Virus record (IMG/VR): IMGVR_UViG_2847060657_000007
Span: 20,959-84,958 of that record
Direction: 5' to 3' (one strand)
Length of the DNA stretch: 64,000 bases
Source: a virus
Lineage: Duplodnaviria > Caudoviricetes
Part shown: one piece after another, positions 47,803 through 56,887 of the stretch
Layout of the letters: each line of letters begins with the position of its first letter
How positions within the stretch are numbered: position 1 is the first letter of the stretch
Program-made: the position numbers and the translations under genes
Notes under the pieces: generated by a model
The model's input: the letters and a program-made list of their open reading frames with translations, nothing else
Databases searched by the model: none
Told to the model about the DNA's origin: nothing

Positions 47803-49083
47803 ATGTCAAAACTTTTTTCATGGTATTTTAAGCCAAATTTATTATTAAGAATCCTAATCGGCTTAATCCTAGGCTCAATTTGCGGTATCATTTTTCAAAA
47901 TGCCCAAACCGCCATTAGCATTTTATCGCCCATTGGCGAGCTGTTCATTCGTCTGTTAAAGATGATTGTCATTCCTGTCATTGCGTCCACGCTCATCGTG
48001 GGGGCAAGCTCAATCACGCCTGCCCAGCTTGGGCGTATCGGCATAAAAACACTCATTTATTATACCATTACGTCCATTTTTGCCATCATCATCGGGCTTG
48101 GTGTGGGCAAGCTCTTTAACCCTGGTTTGGGACTAGAACTCATCGCCAACACCGCAAGTGAAGGCAAAACCGCCGAAGCTCCAAGCATGCTTCAAATCCT
48201 GCTTGAAATCGTCCCCACCAATCCAATCGGCGTGATTAGTAGCGGTCAAGTTTTGCCCATGATTTTCTTTTGTTTGATATTTGGCATTGCTCTTGCCTTT
48301 GGGCGTGATAGCGATGATGAGAATGTCAAAAAAAGCTCGGACACGGTGTTTTATTTTGTGGACGGGGTTAGCCAAGCGATGTTTAAGATTGTCGGTTGGG
48401 TCATGCAGTACGCTCCGATTGGCGTGTTTGCGTTGATTTTTATTGTTTTTTCAAAAAATGGGGCAACCGCTTTTGGCTCTTTGGCAAGCGTTACAGCAAC
48501 CGTTTATGTCGGCTTTATCATGCAAATCCTACTGGTGTACTGCGTGATTTGTGCGTTAATGAAACTCTCCCCACTTGTCTTTTTGAAAAAAGCTCGCCCT
48601 GCCCTTATCACAGGCTTTGTAACCCGTTCATCAGGGGCAACCTTGCCTGTGTCTATCCAGTCATCGCAAAACATGGGCGTGCCTAAGAACATTTATAGCT
48701 TTGGCTTGCCTGTCGGCTCGACGATGAACATGGACGGCACGACTGTATATCTTGGCGTGTGTGCGATTTTTATCGCCAATGCGGTGGGTGTACCGCTTGA
48801 CGGCTCGCAAATGCTGACCATCACGATGACTGCCGTGCTTGGGGCGATTGGGACAGCAGGTGTGCCAGGAGCAGGGGCAATTATGCTACTTATGGTGCTA
48901 GAATCCATTGGCTTGCCTGTGGAAGCTGGCTCGGCGGTGGCGATTGCCTATGGCATGATTTTGGGCATTGATGCCTTGCTTGATATGGGACGCACCGCCC
49001 TAAACGTTGGGGGCGACATCGCAGGGGTGGTAACTGTTGCCAAACAAGAAAATACGTTGGATAAAGAAGTGTGGGATTCTTGA
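47803..49083 (+). CDS. Dicarboxylate/amino acid:cation symporter (DAACS)
   Basis: GELFIRLLKMIV, TRSSGATLP, GSTMNMDGT, GTAGVPG, DMGRTALNV. Confidence 0.92.
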   Translation: MSKLFSWYFKPNLLLRILIGLILGSICGIIFQNAQTAISILSPIGELFIRLLKMIVIPVIASTLIVGASSITPAQLGRIGIKTLIYYTITSIFAIIIGLGVGKLFNPGLGLELIANTASEGKTAEAPSMLQILLEIVPTNPIGVISSGQVLPMIFFCLIFGIALAFGRDSDDENVKKSSDTVFYFVDGVSQAMFKIVGWVMQYAPIGVFALIFIVFSKNGATAFGSLASVTATVYVGFIMQILLVYCVICALMKLSPLVFLKKARPALITGFVTRSSGATLPVSIQSSQNMGVPKNIYSFGLPVGSTMNMDGTTVYLGVCAIFIANAVGVPLDGSQMLTITMTAVLGAIGTAGVPGAGAIMLLMVLESIGLPVEAGSAVAIAYGMILGIDALLDMGRTALNVGGDIAGVVTVAKQENTLDKEVWDS

Positions 49084-49218
49084 TTGTTGATATTTGAAAA
49101 TCAAAAATAAACACAAGATAGATAATTAACCCAGACAGGTAGGATAAATGTGGGAAATGGTGGGAACGACTGGGTTAGATTAGGATAGAGTTTGAAGTAG
49201 CATTGCATAGTGTGCAAT

Positions 49219-49273
49219 AAAAAAGGCTTTGATGATTTTGAGTGTCAAACTTGAATTTATCAAAGCCTTTTTT
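49219..49273. terminator. Bidirectional terminator
   Basis: AAAAAAGGCTTTGAT...ATCAAAGCCTTTTTT. Confidence 0.75.
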
Positions 49274-49277
49274 GTTG

Positions 49278-49655
49278 TTAGGAAGTAATTTGGGAAAATA
49301 AGTCAGGTTGGGAGCGGTCTTGGTACTCTTTTCGCATACGGGCTAGGATTTCATAAATATAGGGCAACGACAAATTAAATTTTTGCACCAGCTCAAAATG
49401 ATTATCGACCTTAAACGCTTCCCAAATCGCCAAATCCCTCTCGTGGTATTGCCAAGCGTTGTGTTTGGTAACATAAAACATAGAACCGCCCCAATGCTGG
49501 GCAAGGCGGTTGGCAAGCTCACCTGCGATTTGGTTGGCAGTCTGTTCATCAAGATTTGTGGTGTGGGTAATGATTTGTGTGCCAAAGGAGCGTAAATCGG
49601 TAAAAAAGTTCTCGGCTTGGGCATTAAATTTGCCCTTTCGTTTGCTGTCGGTCAT
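49278..49655 (-). CDS. mor: Mor-family transcription activator
   Basis: LAQHWGGSMFY, RDLAIWEAF, ELVQKFNLSLPYIYEIL. Confidence 0.85.
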   Translation of the reverse strand: MTDSKRKGKFNAQAENFFTDLRSFGTQIITHTTNLDEQTANQIAGELANRLAQHWGGSMFYVTKHNAWQYHERDLAIWEAFKVDNHFELVQKFNLSLPYIYEILARMRKEYQDRSQPDLFSQITS

Positions 49656-49771
49656 AAAAGCACCTTTATTTTTGTTATTTCCCACATTTTAGCAAAGAAA
49701 ACAACGGTAATAAAAGGTAACTGCCACAAAAAAGCCACGATTTTTTGTCGTGGCTTTTGTTTGGGATTATT

Positions 49772-50269
49772 TTAGTTTTGGGGGTTTGGCGGAGCAGTAT
49801 CTTCCGTTGTTTCGGCTTGTTTTTCCAATCGCTCCAACCATTTTTTAAGGCTTTCAATCACACGGCTTGCTTTGTGGGTAGGTAGCCACGCCAATAAATC
49901 AATCCCAGTTTGGCGTTTGACATAAGCACACAAGGCTTTTTCGCTCGGGTCTCTTACCGCTCCAAGATTGTGCAAGGTGAGCCAAAGGTGGCGAATAAGT
50001 TTGGCTTGGGGGTCTTTGTCTTGCTTGATTTTACCTGCTGACTTGGGGGCGGTGGGGGTAAAGCCAAGCTGTTTTAGCCTTGTCATCACCTTGTTTAACT
50101 CACCCAATGTCATTTCTTTTGTGCTGGTCTTGCCTGTGGTAGTTTCCAGAAGACTGCGGTAGGTTTCATCATCAAGGCACAGCTTGGATTTACCAATGTG
50201 GATAAGCTGGACAAGTTTTTTCTTTTTGTCGTAGGGTTTTGTGGTTTTTGTTTGAGTGCTTTGGGTCAT
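49772..50269 (-). CDS. gemA: GemA/gp16-family regulator
   Basis: LIHIGKSKLCLDDETYRSLL...TGKTSTKEMT. Confidence 0.88.
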   Translation of the reverse strand: MTQSTQTKTTKPYDKKKKLVQLIHIGKSKLCLDDETYRSLLETTTGKTSTKEMTLGELNKVMTRLKQLGFTPTAPKSAGKIKQDKDPQAKLIRHLWLTLHNLGAVRDPSEKALCAYVKRQTGIDLLAWLPTHKASRVIESLKKWLERLEKQAETTEDTAPPNPQN

Positions 50270-50351
50270 TTTATGCTCCAAATGATTATTAAAAAAGCGT
50301 TTAAAGCGACTTTTAACCCACTTTAAACGCTTTTGTTTACCTAAGAATGGT

Positions 50352-50624
50352 TTAATTTACAGCTTCTTTTAACCCTTTGCCTGCTTTAAAGCTCGGCACT
50401 TTTTTGGCTGGCACTTGGATTTTTTCGCCTGTCTTTGGGTTACGGGCGGTGCGGGCTTTTTGGGTACGCACCGAAAAAGTACCAAAGCCGACCAGCATCA
50501 CTTCATCGCCCTTTGTCAAAGTATCGCTAATGACGGCAAGGGTTGCGTCAATGACATTTTTGGCGTAGAAACTGGCATTGTCTGTTTTTTCGCCGACAGC
50601 TTGAATAAGTTCTTTCTTGTTCAT
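50352..50624 (-). CDS. HU-family DNA-binding protein (phage-borne)
   Basis: LVGFGTFSVR...RTARNPKTGEKIQVPAKKVPSFKAGK. Confidence 0.95.
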   Translation of the reverse strand: MNKKELIQAVGEKTDNASFYAKNVIDATLAVISDTLTKGDEVMLVGFGTFSVRTQKARTARNPKTGEKIQVPAKKVPSFKAGKGLKEAVN

Positions 50625-50703
50625 AAGATTTTCCTTTTAAAGTGGTCTGTTGGGACAATGACAAGGCGACCAACTCTTGCCATTGTTTTGGTTTTCTTTA
50701 AAT

Positions 50704-51327
50704 TTAAAGGTTGGCAAAATCAAGACTAATCTGCTGATATTTACCGTGTTCATCTCGTTCATAAAACCGCATATATTCTTTTGATGAGATGACTTGGGTG
50801 GCGTCTGAGATAGCCGTCATTGCTTTTTGCCATTTGTCATCAACGATATTTAAGCTACGCAGGGATAGTACTCGGCGGATGTTAATTTTGCCTTCTTTGT
50901 CCACGGCAAAGGCGTTATCAATAATGGCTTTGATGTTGTCGTTGCTGTCGGCTGTCCACTCACGCAGACATTCGTCAATGAGTGATTTGGCAACTTGCAG
51001 GCGTTCGTCAAAGACTAGGTTATCTTGAATGGCAATTTGTACTTTGTATTTGCCGTCAAAGCTCATTAGGGTAACATTGCCCTTTTTACCGCCAATTTGG
51101 GTATCGTACTCTTGGGCGGAGAGTTCCACAAAATTGTGAAATTCACCAAATACCTGCCCTTTGATTGACCGCATTTGGATTTGTAGGCTGATGGCTTGCC
51201 CCACAAGTTTTTTGACGGTTTCGTCTCTTAGTTTGTCAATTTCTTTAATCTTATCCACAGGGATAAGGTGTCCCTTGTCATTCAGGCGGTAGCCTTCGGG
51301 GACGGTTACAGGGGTATGGGTAGTCAT
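50704..51327 (-). CDS. DUF3164 family protein
   Basis: GGKKGNVTLMSFDG, FDERLQVAKSLIDECL. Confidence 0.88.
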   Translation of the reverse strand: MTTHTPVTVPEGYRLNDKGHLIPVDKIKEIDKLRDETVKKLVGQAISLQIQMRSIKGQVFGEFHNFVELSAQEYDTQIGGKKGNVTLMSFDGKYKVQIAIQDNLVFDERLQVAKSLIDECLREWTADSNDNIKAIIDNAFAVDKEGKINIRRVLSLRSLNIVDDKWQKAMTAISDATQVISSKEYMRFYERDEHGKYQQISLDFANL

Positions 51328-51350
51328 AAATTTACTCCGATTGTTTAAAA

Positions 51351-51590
51351 TCACAATGCCAAATAACGGCTTTGCAGGGTGTTGGCGTTCAGAAATAACG
51401 CCATTTTCATTAGATGGTCATCATTGTCTTTGTTAAGTTCAAATAACTCATCTTTGGCTTGTCCGATTGCATTTGCCAATTTTTCTTTGTCAAGGTTGCC
51501 ATTTTTGACAAGAATTTGAATGGCTTCGTCCAAAAGTAGCACGGGAGCGGACAGGCAGTCTGTGGCTACCATCTTGCCAAAGCGATTGTG
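51351..51590 (-). pseudogene. 3' fragment of an early-region gene
   Basis: Only the C-terminal part of ORF 51351-51746 looks coding; the 5' part is the antisense of the gpF fragment. Confidence 0.45.
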
Positions 51591-51599
51591 GCAAGCAAT

Positions 51600-52130
51600 A
51601 TGGCGACAGGCGTGTTTGAACGCTGGCTTGGGCGGATTGAAACCCAGCTTGACGACTTTAAGACAAACACGCCTGATTATGATAGCCTTAAAAAAGAAGA
51701 GCGGATTGTTGGTTTTCGCAAATTTAACACAGGCGAAAGTTTTCAAGTGGCGGTATTAAGTGAAGAGCAACAAGCCATTTTGGACGTGCAAACTCGCACG
51801 GTGCTGTTTAGTGAATACGATGCTCTAAAACAGGCAATTAGTCGGGACGGCAACACAGGTTTTGATGCCAGTAGTTATCATCAAGTGCAACATTTAATAG
51901 ATAATGCCACGCTGATTGTCCGAGAATATGATAAGAAAAACGAAACCTATCGTCAGCAGACGACTTGGGTAGAAGGCTTTAATGCGGACGGCAAAAGATA
52001 CCTTGCCATCATTCATCAAACCAAAACAAATGATGAAGTGTATTTAAAATCTTACCGCCTAGACAGGGCAAGTGATGAAAAATTGAAAAGCAAGGGTATG
52101 GTATTGTTTGAAAAACAATCCCGAGAATAA
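51600..52130 (+). pseudogene. C-terminal fragment of Mu gpF with PBECR2-like nuclease domain
   Basis: FQVAVL...YHQVQHLIDN...YLAIIHQTKTNDEVYLKSYR; immediately upstream of gpG; N-terminal head-morphogenesis domain missing. Confidence 0.65.
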
Positions 52131-52133
52131 AAA

Positions 52134-52254
52134 AGAGCAATCAGAAGAACGCTACCCAATTCTTGATTTGTTAAAACAAATCCCAACACGCCAGAATGCC
52201 AATGGCAAACACGGAAGTCGGTAGACTACAACTTTCCTAAGGGCTGATTGCTCT
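52134..52254 (+). other. Structured intergenic element, possible RNA
   Basis: 11-bp closing stem AGAGCAATCAG/CTGATTGCTCT enclosing hairpins GATTTGTT/AACAAATC and TGCCA/TGGCA. Confidence 0.45.
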
Positions 52255-52285
52255 GTTATTTTACCACAATCAAAAGGCAATAGCA

Positions 52286-52714
52286 ATGCTTACAGTAGAA
52301 GTGCAGGGGCTAGAAACCGTCCAAAATCAGTTAAGACGACTTGCTGAGCGTGGGGCAAACCTTACGCCCTTACTTAAAAATATGGGCGAGCAGGTCTTAA
52401 ACAGCACCCAAGAACGCTTTGAAAGTAGCACCGACCCTGACGGCAACCGTTGGGCGAGCAATAGCCCTGTTACCTTTGCACGGCTTTTGGGCAGTCGCCA
52501 CACCAACAAGAGTGGCAAAATCAACGCTCGTGGTGTGTCCCGTGTGATGAGCAAAAAGCCCCTTATCCTAAGCTACACCCTGCAAGGCTCTATCCGTTAT
52601 CAGCTCAACGGACAATCAGTAATGGTTGGCACAAATATGGTCTACGCCAAGATGATGCACTTTGGTGGAACAAAATCCGCCTTTCCCCATTTGTGGGGCG
52701 ACATTCCTGCCTGA
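52286..52714 (+). CDS. Mu gpG-like virion morphogenesis protein
   Basis: RFESSTDPDGNRW, VGTNMVYAKMMHFGG. Confidence 0.85.
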   Translation: MLTVEVQGLETVQNQLRRLAERGANLTPLLKNMGEQVLNSTQERFESSTDPDGNRWASNSPVTFARLLGSRHTNKSGKINARGVSRVMSKKPLILSYTLQGSIRYQLNGQSVMVGTNMVYAKMMHFGGTKSAFPHLWGDIPA

Positions 52715-52885
52715 CCATTTTTGGGGATTAGTACAACCGATAAGCAGGTTTTGGAGCGAATGGTTATTGATTATTGGCAAACTGTCTAAATGGGCGTTTT
52801 TGCCCTATTTTGGCTTGGGTGTGGGTGTTTGGTGCTTTTTATGGCGGATAGGCGTTTATGAATGTTTATAAACGCCTTTTTGGAG

Positions 52886-53314
52886 TTATTTAAGCTTGCT
52901 TTGTTGGTTTGCAACAACATTGGAGGCAAAGACTGCGACAATAATGGTTTTTAGGTGGTCTAATTGAGAGGAATTAAGCCAATGACATCCATTATCAAAT
53001 CCCAACCAACTACAACCATTTTCGGACGGTGTCAGCCAATGCCAAATTAACACAGCGGACATGACAACAAAAAAGAACCAAAAAACCCAAAATGTACCAA
53101 TAAAAGCGTAAGAAAAATGGTTTTTCCAACGCTCAGAGCGGTGATGTTCGTTTTTTCTGGCTTGTGCCTCTAAATCCCCTTGTTCAATAGACCGCTGTTC
53201 TGCTATGGCATTTTCAAGCGAGACAAAGTTGTGATTAATGCTTGGTGTGGGAATATCCGAATTGGCAATATCATCAATGGATGGTGGACTGATTATTTGA
53301 GTGTTGTTGCTCAT
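52886..53314 (-). CDS. Putative membrane toxin partner of the Panacea antitoxin
   Basis: Overlaps the antitoxin 3' end; two hydrophobic segments. Confidence 0.5.
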   Translation of the reverse strand: MSNNTQIISPPSIDDIANSDIPTPSINHNFVSLENAIAEQRSIEQGDLEAQARKNEHHRSERWKNHFSYAFIGTFWVFWFFFVVMSAVLIWHWLTPSENGCSWLGFDNGCHWLNSSQLDHLKTIIVAVFASNVVANQQSKLK

Positions 53315-53798
53315 AGGTTGCCACCAACTGATTATAAAGTTGTTTGTAATGTTTATGAATGGTATGATTTGGAATAACATCACCCCAAGAGTGAGGGTTG
53401 AATATTTCCGACCACGGTGTATTGTTTTGGTGTGTCAGCATAGACAATTGAATGCCGTCAAAATGCCCATATTTTTTATACACAAAATTAACCACCTTTT
53501 GCTGGTCATCATCTAGTTGATTGTTATTCAAAATATTGCCAATACCAAGCCAAGGATAGCTAATATCTTGGGTTATTTCTGTATTGCCATATTTTTTAAT
53601 GGTTTGATACAATTCAGGGATAACAGGTCCATATTTCCACGCCTCAATTGTATCATCAATCAAAGGTTTGTTAAAAAAACCATAAGACCAGCCGTGAGCA
53701 ATATAGACGAGCTTTAAAATTTGCATAGGAGTAAGATACTTGCCGTCCTGCTTTGCAAGGCGGATAAATTGGTTGGCAACAGCAATAGAACTAACCAT
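53274..53798 (-). CDS. Panacea/DUF4065 (SocA/GepA-like) antitoxin
   Basis: LTPMQILKLVYIAHG...IEAWKYGPVIPELY...LSMLTHQNNTPW; AGGAGG RBS. Confidence 0.88.
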   Translation of the reverse strand: MVSSIAVANQFIRLAKQDGKYLTPMQILKLVYIAHGWSYGFFNKPLIDDTIEAWKYGPVIPELYQTIKKYGNTEITQDISYPWLGIGNILNNNQLDDDQQKVVNFVYKKYGHFDGIQLSMLTHQNNTPWSEIFNPHSWGDVIPNHTIHKHYKQLYNQLVATYEQQHSNNQSTIH

Positions 53799-53924
53799 TA
53801 TTAACCTCCTTAAATGTAAAAAAAATCCTCTCGTGCATAATAACTTATTATACACGAGAGCGAAAAAAAATGAAACACTATTGCACATAGTGAAATGCTA
53901 TTTTTTGTAACAAAGTAAAAACCC

Positions 53925-53941
53925 TTAAACCGCCCTAAAAT
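53925..53941 (+). promoter_or_regulatory. Phage late-promoter motif (also 56376-56392 and 60889-60905)
   Basis: TTAAACCGCCMTAAAAT followed after exactly 20 bp by a -10-like hexamer (TATCAT, TAAAAT, TATGAT) in all three copies. Confidence 0.7.
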
Positions 53942-53998
53942 TCCCCCTAACAAAAATCCCCTATCATTGGCGTTAATATTCCAAAAGGGATAAGTCCA

Positions 53999-55150
53999 AT
54001 GAAAAAAATCCATATCTTTAAAACAGGTACACATACCGACAGCAATGGCGTGTCGGTGAGCTTTACCGAAACCGACTTACAAAACTCTATCAACGCCTAT
54101 AACCCTGCCATTCATCAAGCCCCTATTGTTATCGGACACCCCAAAACCGATGCCCCTGCCTTTGGCTGGGTCAAATCTTTAACGGCTGACAATGGCAATC
54201 TGTACGCCATACCAGAACAAATCCAACACGACTTTGGCGAGCAGGTCAAACAAGGGCTTTTTAAAAAAGTCTCAGCTTCTTTTTATCCGCCCAATTCCCC
54301 AACCAATCCAGTCAAAGGCGTGTATTACCTACGCCATATTGGGTTTTTGGGAGCAGAACCACCAGCCATTAAAGGCTTAGAGCCGATTGAATTTAACGAA
54401 AATGACAAGGCGGTGGAGCTGACCTTTGATTTTAGTGAAAGTCCAAGCGACACAGCCGACACGCCCGAAAAGACTTTATTTAACAAGGTGGTGTCCGCTC
54501 TTGGCTCGCTTTTGTTTAATGAACAACCGCCAAGCGAACCAGCCACACCGCCAAATCCAAACCCAAATCCAACTTCAACCCCACAAAAGGAAAACGCAAT
54601 GACAACCCCTAATCCAACCCCACCAATCAACCAAGCCCCAGCACCTGCTCAGGCTACGCCCCCTGCCACGCCTGACCCACGAGATGCCGAAATTGCCAAT
54701 CTGAAAGCTCAAATCGCCCAAAAAGAGCAGTTTGAGGCACAAGCCAAAATCAAGGCAGATGAGCAAGCAAACAACGACTTTGCCGAAAGTCTTGTCAAAG
54801 ACGGCAAACTTGTGCCAGCCAACAAAGAGATGGTTGTGGCGGTACTAAATGCCATTGACACCGCCAACCGTACCACCCCTTTAAACTTTGGCGAAGGCGA
54901 TGCAGCAAAACCCCTAAACCAAGTTTTCAAAGACGGTCTAAATGCAGGGCTGATGGCGGGCAAGTCTTATTTGTTTAGCGAAACGGCAAGCAAGGGCAGT
55001 CAGCCTACCCATACCACCCAAAAGTACGACCACAATCTACCGCACAGCGTGCAGGTGGACTCGGATAGTATGGCAAAACACCAAGAAATCCTAGCCTACT
55101 GCGAAGCTCACAAAGTGGACTACACCACCGCTGTAATGGCAATCGGTTAA
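53999..55150 (+). CDS. Mu gpI-like prohead protease/scaffold
   Basis: APIVIGHP, FKKVSASFY, LRHIGFLGAEPPAIKGL; Pro-rich linker. Confidence 0.88.
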   Translation: MKKIHIFKTGTHTDSNGVSVSFTETDLQNSINAYNPAIHQAPIVIGHPKTDAPAFGWVKSLTADNGNLYAIPEQIQHDFGEQVKQGLFKKVSASFYPPNSPTNPVKGVYYLRHIGFLGAEPPAIKGLEPIEFNENDKAVELTFDFSESPSDTADTPEKTLFNKVVSALGSLLFNEQPPSEPATPPNPNPNPTSTPQKENAMTTPNPTPPINQAPAPAQATPPATPDPRDAEIANLKAQIAQKEQFEAQAKIKADEQANNDFAESLVKDGKLVPANKEMVVAVLNAIDTANRTTPLNFGEGDAAKPLNQVFKDGLNAGLMAGKSYLFSETASKGSQPTHTTQKYDHNLPHSVQVDSDSMAKHQEILAYCEAHKVDYTTAVMAIG

Positions 55151-55172
55151 ATTTATTGATAAGGAAAAATTT

Positions 55173-55529
55173 ATGAAAACCCAAGCAATTAGCCTTCTGA
55201 CCTTATCCGTCCTACTCGCCCAAGACACTCTAAAAGGTGCGTGGGTAACGGCAACAGGGGAAACCCCAAGCGGACAAGCCCCCTTACTTGGCGTAACCGA
55301 CACAGACGGCAAACAGGGGCAAATGGTGTCTGTAACCGCCATTGGCACAGCCAGTATGAATTTAAAAGACATTGCCACAAGCCCTGTTAAGCAAGGCGAT
55401 GTAGTTGTCTACGATGGGACAATGATGGTTGTCCCCCAAAGCCAACTGGCAAGCTACGAAGGCAAAGTGGTGGGCGTGGTGCTGTATGACGCACACCAAG
55501 ACAGCCACGCTGAAATTTTAATCCGTTGA
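55173..55529 (+). CDS. DUF2190-like capsid accessory protein
   Basis: Position after gpI; LGVTDTDGKQGQMVSVTAIGT. Confidence 0.65.
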   Translation: MKTQAISLLTLSVLLAQDTLKGAWVTATGETPSGQAPLLGVTDTDGKQGQMVSVTAIGTASMNLKDIATSPVKQGDVVVYDGTMMVVPQSQLASYEGKVVGVVLYDAHQDSHAEILIR

Positions 55530-55559
55530 TTTTAACCTTTTGATTTTTAGGGAAAAGTT

Positions 55560-55853
55560 ATGTCTAAAATCGTTGTAGACCAAGTCTTAACCAATGTTGT
55601 GCAGGGCTATCAAATCCCTGAAAGTGTCGGTCATTTGTTATTTCCCCGAGTAACCGTTACCAAGTCGGGCGGTAAAGTGGTGATGTTTACCGACAAAGAT
55701 GGTCGCAACCCGCCAAGCGAGCTGACCGCAGGGCGTATTCGTATTGGTTACAAATTTACGCCCATTTTCCCAATGGAGCGGATTACCTTTGAGCGAGAAG
55801 TAACAGGCGAGTTTTTGTTAAATTTAAAATCGGTTAATTTAGGGGGTCTGTAA
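55560..55853 (+). pseudogene. In-frame fusion of major capsid N-terminus and tail sheath C-terminus
   Basis: VDQVLTNVVQGY...LFPRV.V...GK (capsid) joined near 55695 to NPPSELTAGRIRIGYKFTP..PMERITF (sheath). Confidence 0.75.
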
Positions 55854-56372
55854 ATGTCAATCACAGTTCATAAAATCACACAGGGCAATGCCTATCTAAA
55901 CGGCGTAAATCTGCTTGGCAAGGTGGAGAGCGTGGACAATCCCGACATTAAATTTATCTTTGATGAGTTCAAAGCAATGGGAATGGTAGGCAAGGTAGAA
56001 CTACCCACCACAGGCATTGACAAAATGGAAGGTAAGATGAAGTTTAACTCCATCTATCCTGATACCGCCAAACTGTTATCGCCCTTTAAATCCAATCAGC
56101 TACAAATCCGCTCCAATGTGCAAGTACACGGCAATCACGGCGTGATTAGTAATGTGCCACTCGTTACTTTTATGACGGTAACTTTTAAGAATATGCCGAC
56201 TGGTAAATTTGAACAGCACAAATCGGTGGACGGCGAGTATGATTTTACTTGTACTTATTTTAAGCAAGTGTATGACGGCTATGAAATTGTAGAGATTGAC
56301 GCACTTGCTAACATTGTCAAAATCAATGGCGAAGATGTGCTAAAAGAATATCGTGAAAATATTGGTATGTAA
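55854..56372 (+). CDS. Major tail tube protein (P2 FII-like)
   Basis: KAMGMVGKVEL, EIVEIDALANIVKINGED. Confidence 0.88.
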   Translation: MSITVHKITQGNAYLNGVNLLGKVESVDNPDIKFIFDEFKAMGMVGKVELPTTGIDKMEGKMKFNSIYPDTAKLLSPFKSNQLQIRSNVQVHGNHGVISNVPLVTFMTVTFKNMPTGKFEQHKSVDGEYDFTCTYFKQVYDGYEIVEIDALANIVKINGEDVLKEYRENIGM

Positions 56373-56454
56373 GCATTAAACCGCCCTAAAATTCCAATCT
56401 TAACAAACCCCTTAAAATTACCCTTAACATTTTTCAACCGTTAAGGGTAATTTT

Positions 56455-56769
56455 ATGTCTAAGCCAATTTCTCAAAACGCTAACACCATCAAACTTGAAA
56501 CGCCTTTTACCACCGATGCAGGCGTGCCGATTGAACAAGTAACCGTCAAACCATTGGTGGTGCGTCAAATGAAAACCGCCCAAAAACAAGGCGGTGGCGA
56601 TGATGCTGAAACCGAAACCATTATGATTGCAATGAGCTGTGATTTGGTGGTGGAAGACCTAGACAAGAGGTTCCTTGCTGACTATATGGCGGTGCGTGAG
56701 CGATTTCAAGCACTCAATTTCAATCGTACCAATGGACAGCTGGACGAAACTGCAATCGCTACTCGCTAA
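56455..56769 (+). CDS. Tail assembly chaperone (P2 gpE-like)
   Basis: IKLETPF...VTVKPLVVRQM; position between tube and tape measure. Confidence 0.75.
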   Translation: MSKPISQNANTIKLETPFTTDAGVPIEQVTVKPLVVRQMKTAQKQGGGDDAETETIMIAMSCDLVVEDLDKRFLADYMAVRERFQALNFNRTNGQLDETAIATR

Positions 56770-56887
56770 GTGGTTTCATATCCAGCCTTCTGAAATGGAA
56801 GCGATGACGGTGGACGAGTTTTTGGCGTGGGTGGATGAAGCCAATGCCCAAATAGATAGGCAAAATAAGGCGATGACAAATGGCTGA
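56732..56887 (+). CDS. GpE-family small tail protein
   Basis: LLAKWFHIQPSEMEAMTVDEF. Confidence 0.75.
   Translation: MDSWTKLQSLLAKWFHIQPSEMEAMTVDEFLAWVDEANAQIDRQNKAMTNG

Noticed and set aside
49081-49110. TG-starting sequence resembling a Mu left end
   Set aside because: Similarity is weak, and neither the right end nor a target duplication can be checked in this window.
49278-51590. Inversion of the prophage early block
   Set aside because: Leftward early genes ending in mor at the left end is the native BcepMu/B3-type layout; a deletion suffices.
56700-56770. Programmed -1 frameshift between the tail chaperone ORFs
   Set aside because: The second ORF is in the +1 frame, no clear slippery heptamer was seen and it has its own ATG.
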